Positions 33,409 through 47,753 of a stretch of DNA of 64,000 nt are shown here, one piece after another. The notes under the pieces were generated by a model. It saw only the letters and a program-made list of their open reading frames with translations. It had not been told where the DNA came from and did no database searches. The position numbers and the translations under genes are program-made. Numbering within the stretch: position 1 is the first letter of the stretch; each line of letters opens with the position of its first letter. This DNA comes from the human T2T-CHM13v2.0 reference genome, Homo sapiens. The stretch lies in the NCBI RefSeq assembly GCF_009914755.1, contig NC_060931.1. The stretch is one strand, 5' to 3'.

Positions 33409-33489
33409 ACATTGAACTCAATGCTAATTTTTTTTACGTTGAACTCAATGCTAATTTTTTTTACATTGAACTCAATGCTAATTTTTTTT
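33409..33489. repeat. 27-bp tandem repeat, 3 copies
   Basis: ACATTGAACTCAATGCTAATTTTTTTT at 33409, 33436 and 33463. Confidence 0.93.
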
Positions 33490-33754
33490 ATCGTGTCAAG
33501 GTTGGATTTAGGTTACCTGAGGCTAAATAACTCCAAGTAAATACATAGTTATATAATGTGTTGATAAATGGGTACCTACAAATAATTTGAATAAGATATC
33601 AGTTCCTTCTTTTAAGATGTATGTTTCTACTCTGCTCAAGTGGTAACTTAGAGGAATACTAGTATGCTTATTTTGGGAAATTTAGGGCACAGTAAATCAT
33701 GCTTCTTATGTGCCTGGAGACGCCTGAGAGGCCGTGGAATGAGTAATTCTATGT

Positions 33755-33985
33755 TACACTCTGGAATCAGACCACCTAGGCAGATTATACAATTTTGGTA
33801 ACATAGATCTGTGTATCTTCACGCAGATTCTTTAAGCTTTCTGTGCCTAAAGTTCCCAACCTGTAAAATGGGTCTAGTCACTTACCTGAATAGTATTTAC
33901 CTCAATGGAGGTTGTAGGTATTAAGAGAAAAAGTCAAACAAAGGGTTTAGAGCAATGTCTGGAACATATTAATCACTCAATTATT
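33755..33985 (+). mobile_element. MIR
   Basis: CTCTGGAATCAGAC...TCTGTGCCTAAAGTTCCCAACCTGTAAAATGGG. Confidence 0.7.
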
Positions 33986-34504
33986 TTATACATTTGTGAT
34001 TTCTAGGTGCATTAACATAGTATATTGGCTCTTTTCTTGAAAATTTAAAATAGCCTGTTACTTCCACTTTATAATAACGTTTTTCTATTAGTGTATTGGT
34101 GTGTGTACTGTATTACATACATCTGTGTTTCCCAGCCTGGAATGACAAATGACTCATTTGGAAGTATAATTGAGAATGCTAATTTATGCCATTCAAATCT
34201 TGGGCCTACTTATTATCACATCGAGTCCTATGCCTTGTCATATGAATTGTGCCTGGAAAGTTTTTTCAGATATATATTTTTTAATGAAACTTCAGTGAAA
34301 ATATGACTAGGATGTTTTCATTAGACTTAGTTTAATAAATTCACTTGATAAAGTGCGTTAACTTCGGAAAGAAATAACCCATTTTTGTCTACAGTACTTC
34401 TCTGTGTCTTCTTAGGCCAACTGAAAAGGGTAGGATAAGAAGACTTGAAAATAGGCTTATAAGTATTAACTAAAACAGTTTATGCTGGTTAGCCATGAAA
34501 GGAC

Positions 34505-34640
34505 AAATCAGCTGCACCAGGAACATCCAGGAGCTTGTCAGAGATGTAGAATCTCAGAGGCTTAACCCAGATCTACTGATCAGAATCTACAGTTTAGGAA
34601 GACTCACAAGTGATTCATATATACCTCCAAGATAGAGTGT
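34505..34640. mobile_element. MER5A-like
   Basis: GGAGCTTGTCAGAGATGTAGAATCTCAG...CCCAGATCTACTGATCAGAATCT. Confidence 0.7.
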
Positions 34641-34784
34641 GTTGCTTTTGATATTTGAAGAACTCTCACGAGAAAGAGGAATAAGCATCAGCATTTGTGT
34701 TTCCAAACCAGAAGGTAGAATTAGAATAACTGGAATTTACAGTGCAAATTGCAGACAGATTTATCGTGAAAAAAGAGTGAGCTT

Positions 34785-35100
34785 TGATAAATAGGCACTC
34801 ACTGAGCACCTACTACTTATTGAGGCTAGGGATAAACAGACCAAAACACAAGCATAATTGCTGTCTTCTAGGGGTCAATAAACTGGTGATAAGGCTAAAC
34901 ATATACAATTATAAGTATATTGTATGACTGTTCAAATAGAGAGGTGCTTGCCTAGGTTGTTTTGGGAACACTAGGAAAGTGGTCTTATTCAGAGTGGTTG
35001 GGTCCAGCAAAGGCTTCTTTGGAGCTACCTACTATTGGCTAAATAGGTAAGGAGTTGGTCACTCAGAGAAGAGGGGCAGGAAGTCATTCCAAGCAGATGA
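34785..35100 (-). mobile_element. L2 fragment
   Basis: ACTGAGCACCTACTA...CATTCCAAGCAGA. Confidence 0.55.
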
Positions 35101-35199
35101 ATCTTCTGCTGAAATAGGTAGGAATGGAGAGTGGGATTCTATAAATAACTGCGTTTTTCCTGACTTTCTGACATGCAACAAAATAAAAAGCTGACCTTT

Positions 35200-35501
<302 letters not shown>

Positions 35502-35919
35502 AAAAAGCTGACTTTTTAAAATAAAAAAAACTCTGAAATTATATCCTGTGAATCAGTAATGCTTAATTTATATAATGTAAATATCTAATTTTGGAAGAAC
35601 CTTGGAGTTTATGCAGTCGCCTAGGGCACATTTTTATCTCTGTGCCATTCATCATATAGAGCTCACTGCAGAGCACAAAACAGATGTTTATGAGTTTACA
35701 ACTGAACTGAAGTATCTCATTCTGTAGATGAATAAGCTGAGGCTGAGAACCATGATGTCCCTTAAACTGGAACCTTGAATCCAGGTATACTGACCTCACT
35801 ACTGAATATGGAGCCAAATACTTATTTTGGTTCAGCAAGAAGTTCCATTACTATAATGAACCCCTGCTCATTTTGAGTAATTGAAAATACTATTGAATAC
35901 ATACACGATATTTATAGAA

Positions 35920-36130
35920 CAAGATAGCATGGGCTCTGGACCGGACCTCAAATATCTGAACTCTGCTCCAACACTTTCTCGTGGTGTGTATTTAACTATG
36001 TTAATCAACCTACTATGGGTCTTAGTTGCCTTAGGTGTAAAAGCGATATAATTGTATTTACCTTATGCGATTTTTGTGAGAAATAAATTAATCAAAAATA
36101 AATTGTTTAGAACAATGCCCCATAAATATA
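35920..36130 (+). mobile_element. MIR
   Basis: AGCATGGGCTCTGGA...TTTAGAACAATGCC. Confidence 0.6.
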
Positions 36131-37395
36131 GTCTCTTCTTATCGTCCTCTTGTTTCACTTTCTCCTATTTATCAGTATTATTACGAATGCTATCATTAAT
36201 GTTTCTCAAATACTATATTCAAAGTGATATAAAGAATGCAAGTAAGTAGTTAATAGTAGGTCTAGCCTTGAGAATAATATATTTTAATTGGAAGGACAGC
36301 AAAAATCACTACAATAACTTTAAACAAAAGCCCGGGTCATCTTGCACAGCTTTCAGGATGCTTATGCCCCTGGACACCGTGAAGATACCCATTCTATGTG
36401 TTTCACTTATGCATACTGTTTTCCAGGTAGCTAATTTAGTCAGTGTTGACTTTGGGAGAGAACTACTAGAATGTTAAAATGTCTTGGCAAATAAATTTGG
36501 TTTGCTTGAGTTAAATAGCTTAATTATAGGCTGCAGTGAAATGATCATTCTGGCAAAAAGATATAGTGCTGACAGGCTGTCTGAAAGGTTCATTCACCAT
36601 CTATGCCTTTTCAGAAGTCTAGAGCAAGAGTAGAGAATAGACTTTGGCTTCTAGAAAAAATTCTGTCCATTTCCAAATGAAAATAATGTTTGAGATAAGT
36701 ATCTGCATTTCTCCGATGAACTTCACCAATATATTTTGATGAGACAGTGAATGGGCCTATTGTAATTGCAATTTAAATGTTTTATAATGATATTAATATG
36801 CAGCTTGGAAGATGTCTGTGAAAACTCCTGTGATTTAGCAGAGAAATTCAGAAAACTTCAGCTGCACAAATTAATAAATAATAACAGCCAACCAACACTT
36901 ATTGGGGGTTCCTTAAGTGTTTAATGTGCTTTATATCATTTAATCTTAAAAACAACTAATATGTGAGGATATAGATTATTATTTTTATGATTAAGCCCTA
37001 TTTTTGGCTGCAGAAATTGAGGATTAGAGAAAGTACAACTTTCCCTGGGGTACACGGTGGGACTGGGTAATGGATGTGTTAACTAACTTATTATGGTAAT
37101 CATTTCACAATATATCTCTGTATGAAAGCAAAAAAAAATTGTAATGGTTGAATAAATATCACATTTCCTGTTTTAAGGAACATACCCGCAAAATAAAATA
37201 CAAATAAAAATAAAAAAAACTAAACTAAACTAATCAAACAGTGGAGCTAGGATAGGAAACCAAAGCTACCTAACTAACCAGCCTGTGTTCCTTGCCACTA
37301 TGGCCCTGGTCAGCCATTCCTTTCACAGGCAATGTGAAACTTAGTGATCTCTGCATTTAAACTGTAATATAACGCTTGTATATAAGATGTTGGTA

Positions 37396-37706
37396 TTTTA
37401 TTTATTTTTTATTTTTATTTTTTTGAAACAGAGTCTCGCTCTGTCACCCAGGCTGGAGTGCAGTTTCCCAATCTCTGCTCACTGCAACCTCCGCCTCCCA
37501 AGTTCAAGCGATTCTCCTGCTTCAGCCTCCTGAGTAGCTTGGATTACAGGCACCTGCCACCACACCCGGCTAATTTTTGTATGTTTAATAGAGGTCGGGT
37601 TTTGCCATATTGGCTAGGCTGGTCTCGAACTCCTGACCTCTGGTGATTCACTAGCCTCGGCCTCCCAGAGTGCTGGAATTACAGGCATGAGCCACGGCAC
37701 CTGGGC
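37396..37706 (-). mobile_element. AluS
   Basis: Full antisense dimer with T-rich tail. Confidence 0.92.
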
Positions 37707-37847
37707 TTTTTTCTAATTTTCAATACAAAAATTGAGGTTCAGGATCTTACCTAAGGTCACAGAGCTTAAAAGTTAGAAGATCTTGGTCTTTAATGCTATT
37801 GTTGGTGTTGCTGTTTTCAATTTTTAAAGAAAGTACTATTTACCTAC

Positions 37848-38069
37848 TGTATTAGTTTGCTAGGGCTGCCATCATAAAGTACCATAAACTGGGTGGCTCA
37901 AACAACAGAAATTTACTCTCTCACAGTTCTGGAGGCCAGAAGTCCAATATTGAGGGGTTGGCAGGGTTGACTCCTCCTCTGAGGGAGGTGAGGGAACAGC
38001 CTGCTCCAGGACTCTCTCCTTGGCTCGCAGGTGGTTATCTTCTCCCTGTGTTGCTTTATATCATCTTTC

Positions 38070-38106
<37 letters not shown>

Positions 38107-38576
38107 GATGGTATTGCTCTGTCACCCAGGCTAGAGTGCAGTGATGTGATCATAGCTTACTGCAAGGTCCAACTCCTGAACCCATGGATCCTCTGTCTCA
38201 GCCTTCTGAGTAGCTGGGACTACAGGTGCATGTCACCATGCCCAGATAATTTTAATTTATTTTTTTTTTGTAGTGATGGGTCTCACTTTGTTGTCCAGGT
38301 GGGTCTTGAACTCCTGAGCTCAAGCAGTCCTCCCACCTCGGCCTCCCAAAGTGTTAGGATTGTAGGCATGAGTCACTGTGGCTGGCCTTGTTTTTCATTT
38401 TATATGGCATTCATTTTACAAAAAATTTATTTGTTTAGAATCCACTTTACTCTGGTATGACCTCATATTAACTATACATGTAAAGACCCTGTTTCCAAAT
38501 ATGGTAACATTCTGAGACATTGGGGGTTGGAACATGAACATATGAATTTTGGGGGGACAAAATTAAATTCATAACA
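37848..38576 (-). mobile_element. MLT1 (B/C-like) MaLR LTR, split by an AluJ
   Basis: TGTATTAGTTTGCTAGGGCTGCCAT...CACAGTTCTGGAGGCCAGAAGTCC...CATAACA. Confidence 0.88.
38073..38387 (-). mobile_element. AluJ with a (TG)15 microsatellite tail
   Basis: GATCATAGCT and CTCCTGAGCTCAAGCAGTCC J-type features; TG run 38073-38102. Confidence 0.88.
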
Positions 38577-41499
38577 ACTAGTAGGCAAGTACTTTATAAA
38601 GTTATGACATTAAAAGTTATTTGCTATTGCTAGGGTGTTGATAGGGGTGTGTCTGGTAAGTAAGAATAAGGATGATCTTGTAAGAAAGACAATATCTTCT
38701 AGGAAGAGTTGTGCATCAACCTTCATTAACTCAGAAAATATGCTTGAATCAAACGACTACTTATATATGACTCTCTGCAATCATTTATTTACATTCAAAA
38801 CTCCAAGGAAACATTTTCAGAATTATTCTATCCTAGATAGCAAATGAACCAAAGACACTTTAAGAATCAATCTCCCACCCCGTCCCCAAAGAAATGTTTG
38901 GCCTTAAAAATCATGTCCTACTTTCAAACTCCATACAGTAGTTTATTCTGCACTAGGCACCATTTAACACTATCAACATCATGTAATTCTTTGAGATATA
39001 GTAATTATTTATTAAAAACTGGATTCCAGCAAACATGCATTCTAAACAATGATGGATAATTTTTCTATCAGCAAAGAAAAGAGCTCGCCCAGAGCTAAAA
39101 CAGCTTTCCCCAATTAAAAGTTGAGGTTGAATTGCTAATTTCATTTGGATTATACTAGTATCTGCTTGAAAATGGCAGGTTTCATTAGTTCTCCCAGTAT
39201 TCTTCAGAGAAGGTTAAGAAACACATTCCCTCCACTTCAGATATGAAAACTGAGTTGCCCAGGGCGAAGTCGTTGTTTATCTTATGCACTTAGCAAGCAC
39301 AATTGTTCATTCTATACGCACAGTGACTGTCTCGTTTGTGTATTTTTCAGCTTTGTTACAGTATACAAATTGGAAAACAGAGCTGTGTATGACAGCCTAG
39401 AGCAAGAGAAAAAGACTGTGAATTTATCATAAAGTCATTCAGGCTCTTTACATTCAGCCTGGAACAAACAAGTATTTGATAAAAGAAACCAGACCAATAC
39501 AAAAGAAACATCCAGTCCCTTTGGAAAGATTTTGTGATTATGACATAGCAGGAATATCCAATGAGTTTTTCACATGATATGTTAAATAAAAAGGTATGAT
39601 TACATATCTTTAATATGACAGCATTTTCTTGAAATATTAATAGAAGTATTGCACTTTAGCTTTACTTAATGTAAGCAGGAATGCCAATGATGTTGGTTTC
39701 AAATTTTAAAATCAAAACCAAAATATGATTATTCAGGTATATTTTATGTTAGGATTTGGGATAACTGATTGTGAAATAAGACACAGGCACATGTACACAC
39801 ACACTCTCTCAACTCTTACTACACACTAACTATTAATCTCCCCCCAAATAATATCAAACCTATGGATATTTAATGGAATTTAACCTATTTCTTAGCTTAT
39901 TCAATTGAAGTGCAGAGATGTTTGGCATTTTTACTAAAATCAAATATCATTGCCAATAGTAATCACCATGCACTGAGTACTTACCTGGTAAGCACTTTTT
40001 GTGTCAATTACTGTAACAAGATCCTGAGAGGTAAGAGACCAGGCTTTTTCCTTGGCTTTATGTCCCACTAGTCTTTGCTTTCTCTATTATACCATATTTA
40101 AGAAGATATCATAGTTTTTGATTATAGGTGAGTTGTCTGAGGGGTTTATTTTGTCCTGTTAAATGCTGGGTCTCATCAGCTAGGAAAGTGCCTTGACTAT
40201 TGAATGTATTTAGTAAGTACTTGTTAACAGATCCACCAAATTGTGGAATTTAGTGAACATTGGAATATGCAGCTATAATTAGGTTTACAATTTATAAACA
40301 ATAATGTTTATTATCTTAATTTATACTTAATAATATTGAGAAATACTGCATGTACCTACATCTATTAGAAGTCAAACTGTCCAAAATGGCATGTGTGGGA
40401 ACACATGAAAAGCCTAGGATTTCTATAGGAGAGAAAACAACAGAGTTTGCAGCAACAGGGAGATGAGAAGGAGGCTGGGAATACTGACTGTAGCAGCAAA
40501 GCTTATCCTCCCTTCAGACCTGGAGGCAGCTTGATGCTGCTGAGTGTAATGGCAAGGAACTGGTGCCAAAGGCATGGATGTGTGGCAATCTCCAATCCAA
40601 GCTGGACCAGGGTCCATGTGGTTAGTAATCTAGATGGTGGTTTCCTCTGTTGAAGGGTCATGGCTAGAAGAGGATACAAAGAAATTTTAGAAGTGTTGAT
40701 AATTCTTTGTTTCTTGACTTAAGTGCTTCTTACACTTGTGCAAATGCATCAAGCTGTGTGTTTATGTGTGCTTTTTTCCTATGTGTATTAAAATTCAGTG
40801 ACAAGTTGTAAAAACAAATTAATCAGACTTGGAATCAAGGTACACCTCTGATGGAAGAGGAATGAAAGAAACCAGGAACTGTTATTGGAATAGCTCTCTA
40901 GTACCAAAGATAATTGTGGGAGAAAACCAGTGGGCCAGGTGAAATGGTAACCAGAGAGCTTAGCAAAGGGTCTTTAAGAGCCTACTTGCAACATATAGGG
41001 ACATTATGTTACTCTTTATGTAAATTCAGCATGATATAAGTACACGGGATCTACTCACACTTAGTACATAGATACTTAGTATAGCACATAGTATTATTTG
41101 CTGATGAAGAGGGTATTTCTAAAGAAATATGTTTGGATGTCATTGCCTCTGGTTTGAAAAGAAATGAATGTATATGAAACAGGCATCATTGTGTGCAGTT
41201 GGCATGCACAGGGAATGACAGGTAAACCAAGCTGTGGCTACTCCTACTTGCTTTTGATTTTGTGTTTGTTAGTATTATTTTTGTTGTTGTTGTTCTATTT
41301 GCAGGATGAATGCCTAAATTTATTAATCTTATTTTTGTATTATAATTGCCATCTATGTATAATTGATGCTAACAGAGAAAATTTCCATGTCTATAATATC
41401 TACCAATTAAAATTGAGAAAATATAGAAACAGGCAAAAACATGAAAAGGAAACTCAAACAAAATATATAAAATTGTGTTTACATGCATACAAATGTAAA

Positions 41500-43740
41500 A
41501 TGAAAAGAGAAATACAAATTAATCCTCTATGGGGATACTATATCTCACCAATCAGGTTGGCAAAGACCGAAAAGGTTGTTTATACACTCTTTTGGGAAGA
41601 ATCTGGGGAAACAGCATTCTCATATACTCCTGATGAGCATGTCCAATAGAACAATAGCTATAGAGGGGGATTGGCAATACCCAGCAGAACTAAAAATGCA
41701 TTTATTCTTCAACCCAACTATCTCAATACTAGGAATTTAGTCTAATTATACAGCTCCAATAACATAAAAAGTCATATGCACAAAGTTATTTCTTGCCATT
41801 GTATTTGTAATTACAAAATATTGGAAACTATCTTTATGATCAAATATAGATTGGTTGAATAAACTAGGCTACATATTTGAAATAGATACACAGCAGCTGT
41901 GAAGAAAACCGATAAAATATAAGTTGACATGGGGTGGATTTGCTGGATATATTGTTTAGTGAAAAAAAGAAAAGTACAAAGAGCGTTTATTGTATGTTAA
42001 CTTTTGTTTAAGAAAGAAGAAATGAGGAAACGTATATATGGTTGAAGCATTTCTGAACATATTTAAATGTACTGTAAATTGAGCAAATGAGTGATATGTC
42101 AATTGTGTTGGGGGCCAAGGTTCTCACCATGAAGGAAATAAGAAACATACGTGGAATGAGAGAAGACAAGAATGAAGCCTACTTAAAAATATATGTGTGT
42201 GTTAATGAGTGTATATATATATATATATATATATACACACTTACATACTACATACTAAGTAGCTCTGACAGCTGGATGGATCTAGAAACAAAAATATTGC
42301 AGTAACACTAAGCACACCTAAGATAGACTTTAATTATTAATACAATTATCATCTAAAAGAAATCAGATCTAGTTAGAAAAATTTTACCAGGTTGTGGTCG
42401 AGAAAGAAACTTGTTAAATTAAACACACCTTGTTATACCAGAAAGAAAGGAAAAATGATGGTTAATAACAAAATTACATAAGAGCCAACTTGAAATAATT
42501 CATATTGGTCAAACCTGGACAATTTGAACACCAAAATAGTTAAGGACAGTAATGCATTGCACACCTTTAGAGAAAAATAGAAATGCTTAAGTCTATAGAG
42601 ATGATAGGTAGGTAGGTAGACAGACAGATAGATAGATGATAGATATAGATAGATAGATAGATAGATAGATACATACATACATACATACATACATACATAC
42701 ATACATACATACATACATACATAGGCAGGCAATAGATAGATAAAATGAGGCAGAAGAGAGGCCTCTTGCTTATAGTAGAATACGAACTTCTGACTAGGAA
42801 ACGTGGAAGGGTGCTGGAGTTGGGAACTCAAGTCATCATTTGCAACCATCATAGTAAATACTAGTTCTGGCATAAGACATTAATGGTAATAAAAGTAGAG
42901 GATATGGAGAGTTTTGATGGGGAGAAGTAAATTTGTATAGTCTTAAAGTGTCTCTTACAAATCACTTATTAGTTGCAAGGGAAATGAATAATATTTACAC
43001 AAGAGAAATTAAACATCTTGAGTGGGTAATCAAAATAAAAATTACAGATGAGAAGCAGACACTGTGCGCCTCCAGAGGCAGTGGACTGAGAAGGACCCAA
43101 CACCGTGCATGTAGTGTCCCATGAAGAATGTAAGTGGATGTAAACATTATGAGAAAACAAAAGTCAAACCAAAATTGAAGAAAATTCTATAAGGAATGTT
43201 CTACTAAAAAGATAAAGGAGAATACATTGTCTATGTATCAGTGTGATAAGAGACACTAAAAGGCTAAGGAGTTATTCTAGGTAAAAGAAAATTAAAGGGA
43301 CATGATACCTACCTGTAATACGTGATCCTAGCCTGGATCCTGTCTTGGATAAGAAAAGATGCCCTAAAGACATAATTGGGTCAATGGATAATATTGGGAT
43401 ATGGAAGGTTTATTCGATGTAGCAATGTTAAATTTCCTGAAATTGATAACTATATACTTACCTACATATGTCCTTATTTGTATGAAATGTACACTATTTG
43501 GAAGTAAGTGAACATGATATGCAACTTATTCTCACATGGTTCAGAAAAAATAATGTGTGTGTTGGGGTGGTGGAAAAAGGAGAGAGAAGGAGAGGGAGAG
43601 AGAGAGAGAGAGAGAATGATAAACCACATAGCACAGAGTAAAATAGAAGAATAAGAATAAAGAGTAAAAGGACAAGTGTTCCTTATACTATTATTGCAGC
43701 TTTTCCATAATTTTGAAATTATTTCAAAAGAAAAGTTAAA
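41500..43740 (+). mobile_element. Old L1M fragments (L1MC/MD/ME-like 3' regions)
   Basis: GATACTATATCTCACCAATCAGGTTGGCAAA (ORF2 end) and L1MC-like 3' UTR motifs; probably several pieces. Confidence 0.65.
42603..42742. repeat. Compound tetranucleotide STR including (GATA)6(CATA)13
   Basis: GGTA, GACA and GATA blocks, then CATA x13 at 42672-42723. Confidence 0.95.
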
Positions 43741-44789
43741 CAGATTTAATATTTCCCTGAAAATCCAGCATTAGAAACACATTACCACAGCTTGTATTCG
43801 TTTGTTTGTTTTAACAGGGTATTCTTTCAAAACCAGATTGCCTTATGTGAGTATATAAATAAACATACTAATCTTAAACCACTAATTGAAATCTGTATTA
43901 GTATATTTAATTGGATCTTTCCATTAACTAGCTAATAAGTGGTGTTCTCCAGAAAATAGAGATTTGACTTGATAAGGCAGAGGAAAAAGAAGTTAGACCA
44001 AGAGAACGACTGAGAAACAATGGGAGGGGCAATGAGGGACGAGAGAGCCTCCATCCCGTGTGGGTGTCTGAATTGACAGGAGCACGTGGAATATAAGAAA
44101 AAAGACACACCAATCTATCAATAGACAGTGTTATCTAGGACTATTCCTGATGTAAGTGATGAGTAGTCAGCTGCTGTTTTGTGTTTGGTTCTATATCATA
44201 TGTTCAAAGATACTACCAAAGATGTACACATAGAACACTAAACTGTGGAATCATATTTGTTTCACAGGATTTGTAAGGTGAAGGGGGTGATAAGAATTTC
44301 CTGAAAGTCAATAAAACTGTGAATATGCTTTCAGGCATGGAGAACTCAAAAGCACCAACAAGTCACACTTATCAGAATAAGTTTGAAAGTGGAAAGAAAG
44401 AAGACGTGACATTAGCTTAGGACAATTGGATATTTCAAAACATATGTAGGAAAAGGTGCTAAGGGCCTTGACAGAAGGAAATAAATCACAATTAGATCTT
44501 GTTCTGGAAAAATCTGCTAAGATCTACGGTGGCAACTCAAGTCTGAGGAGGACATGAAGGTTTTCTCTTGCCAGAGGAGTACTTAGTGTTCCTTGGAGAG
44601 AGTTGTCAGGCAAATATGATATACAGATTCTCTGCACTCATTTGTTCTGTGAAGATATCAAAAAGAACCTGCCTAAATGAGAAAGAGATTTTTATCTAGT
44701 GGAATGGGCTTGCACTAAATGTTGTCTAGTTTCCCTGCCAACACTGACATTCTTGCATTCATCCTAAGGTAAACTGTTTTAAAAAGTTT

Positions 44790-45078
44790 GCACCAGGCTT
44801 CGTGGCTCATGCCTGTAATCCCAGTACTTTGGGAGGCCAAGGCGAGAGGATCACTTGAGCCCAGGAGTTTGAGACCAGTCTAGGCAACATGGCAAAACCG
44901 TGTTTCTACAAATAATGCAAAAATTAGCCAGACATGGTGGCATATGCCTGTAGTTCCAGCTCCTCATGAGGCTGAGATGGGAGGATCACCTGAGTCCAGG
45001 AGGTCGAGGCTGCAGTCAGCCATGATCACACCATTGCACTCCAGCCTGGGGCAACAGAGTGAGATCCTGTCTCAAAAA
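44790..45078 (+). mobile_element. AluJ
   Basis: AGGATCACTTGAGCCCAGG and GGTCGAGGCTGCAGT. Confidence 0.9.
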
Positions 45079-45753
45079 ATTAATCAATTAATGAACTATA
45101 AAATTTAGCTACCCCATATGTAATATCAGTTGCTGAAAGGTAGTCATATTTATAAATCACATTTCATTTTTTTGCATTTTTATTATAATGTAAGCTTATT
45201 ATTTAATATTCTTCTCCTTTAGATATAATTTGTCCTACATCATTTATTTGAAGTAATGTTGTACATGTCAGCATAAATGCCTTTCTTTCATCCTTAATAC
45301 ATTCAGAATACCAGGGAGAATCTGGCATTGGAGAAATGATAATGTAAGGGTTTTACATGACACATCAGGAAATTCCCAAACTTTCATAAGAAAGGCCCAA
45401 GTGCTGACACTATATGTTGACTCAGGTCCTATAAATGAAATCTTAATAAAGCAATTGAGATTGAGAATAAAGGTAAAATTTTGAGGCAATATAGGCAATA
45501 ACATTAGAATTTCAGGGTTACTTCAGCAGAGATTAGAAAATGTGTTTCAATTTCCTCAACAGAGAACAAGTCAAATCTTAAAAGAAGAGCAGAGTCAACT
45601 TTTATTTTAAAGAGCATCACTAAACTGATTAATGGCACTTAAATGTGTCTGTTGACAGAACACCAGTAACAGTATTATGCATTAGCCCCTATAGTTATTG
45701 AAGGAGCTGCATATTTTTTAAAATTCCAGCTATTAAAGTCAAATTATAATCCT

Positions 45754-46050
45754 TGTTGGGTGCAGTGGCTCACACCTGTAGTCCCAGCACTTTGGGAGGC
45801 CAAGGCGGTTGGATCACCTGAGGCCGGGAGTTCAAGACCAGCCTGATCAACCTGGAGAAACCCTGTCTCTCCTAAAAATACAAAATTAGCCAGGCTGTGG
45901 TGGTGCATGCCTGTAATCCCAGCTACTTGGGAGGCTGAGCCTGGAGAATCGCTTGAACGCAGGAGGCAGAAGTTGCAGTGGGCCAAGATCGCACACCGTT
46001 GCACTCCAGCCTGGGAAAGAGGAGTGAAATTCCGTCTCAAAAAAAAAAAA
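45754..46050 (+). mobile_element. AluSp-like
   Basis: CGGGAGTTC and GGAGAAACCC diagnostics; TSD TATAATCCT. Confidence 0.92.
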
Positions 46051-46469
46051 TATATATAATCCTAACTCTGAGTCTGAGACCTACCCTGACTCTAAACTTA
46101 ATTCCACCTCCAACCCAACTCAATTGAAAACAAAAATACAGGAACCACAAATCATAAGTGATTGAAGAAGAGAAAAATATTGCACGTGGTATCTCAGTGA
46201 GTAAATAGAAGGAAAGAGAACCAAAGATAGAGTAAAAGGAAATGTCTAAATTCAGCTGCCGGGCTAGGAAAATATGAAAGAGAAAAATTTAAAGAAAACC
46301 AATGTGGTCAGCAGTAAGAGGAAACCTAGAGTGGGGGAGGAAGAGGATCAATTGCTTTAAGAACAAGAGACTTGAGATTACCTTTAGAGGTGGGTTCAGC
46401 TCAAAATGTGAAACAAGATTTTAAATAGAATGGTAAAAACAGAATGACATAAATACAAAAATGTGGTAA

Positions 46470-46900
46470 GACTTTTATTTAACAAATATTTATCAAGTTT
46501 ATTTTTATTGTTCAGGTGTTACAATGAGTAATGGATATATATAGACTCCACCATCATGACCCTCATGGAGATTAGAGCTAGATAGAATATAAAGGTGTGA
46601 TTATGCAGTATGTTTTTAAAAAGTGGTTGAGGGTGGTGAGACAGAGGGAGAGAACTAAGGCAGTGGTAGACAAGAAGCTTGCAGACCAGGGAGGTTGCTT
46701 TCTTTTTTATCTTTTATAGGCCAGGCAAAAGTGGAACATGTCTGTAGGTAAGAGGAACAGTGAATGCAAAGTCTCTGAGGGTGGCAGGGTGTGTGGCCTG
46801 GAGCTGAGAGGACAAAGGCATTTCCATTGACAGAGATCCTGCTATGTGGCAGGCAGTGTGCCAAATACCATTTGGTTTTATGAAAGTTCTAGAACAGCCC
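46470..46900 (-). mobile_element. L2 fragment
   Basis: TTTATTTAACAAATATTTAT...AGAGGAACAGTGAATGCAAAG. Confidence 0.6.
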
Positions 46901-47362
46901 CTGCAGTTCAATAAGTACACAAACTAGATAGGGACATATTTATCTGAAAGAAAAATGGATCATATTGATCTACTCATCCCTATGAAGACTGAAAAGAGGA
47001 TAGTCTATTGTGGAAAAATTATTTTAAAAATTAATGTTAGTTTAAAATGTATTGTCTTAACCTAAAGAAAGCATCTACATTCATTTAAAGTATTTATCAA
47101 ATGATTGAAAAAAAATTTCTTGGAACAGAAAAAAAAAACGCATTATTGACATTCTGGTTTTATGGGTCCAAGCTGTTAAAATATGTATACCAGGGTCTTA
47201 AGGATAGAATGAGCCCTAGAATAATAATAACCTCCTTTGGATTAAGATAATTAATAACCATGATGTCTATTTGTTTGTCTGCTTTTGTACCCCTTCTTCC
47301 TACTGGATGCCAGCTCTCATATTTATCACTGATAGAACACAAATGGTAAAATTATAGGCTAG

Positions 47363-47753
<391 letters not shown>

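Noticed and set aside
33409-33489. Intrinsic terminators
   Set aside because: Bacterial mechanism; weak stems inside a Pol II intron
41164-41649. 161-aa ORF, the longest in the track
   Set aside because: Low-complexity T-rich start running into an old L1 fragment; chance ORF
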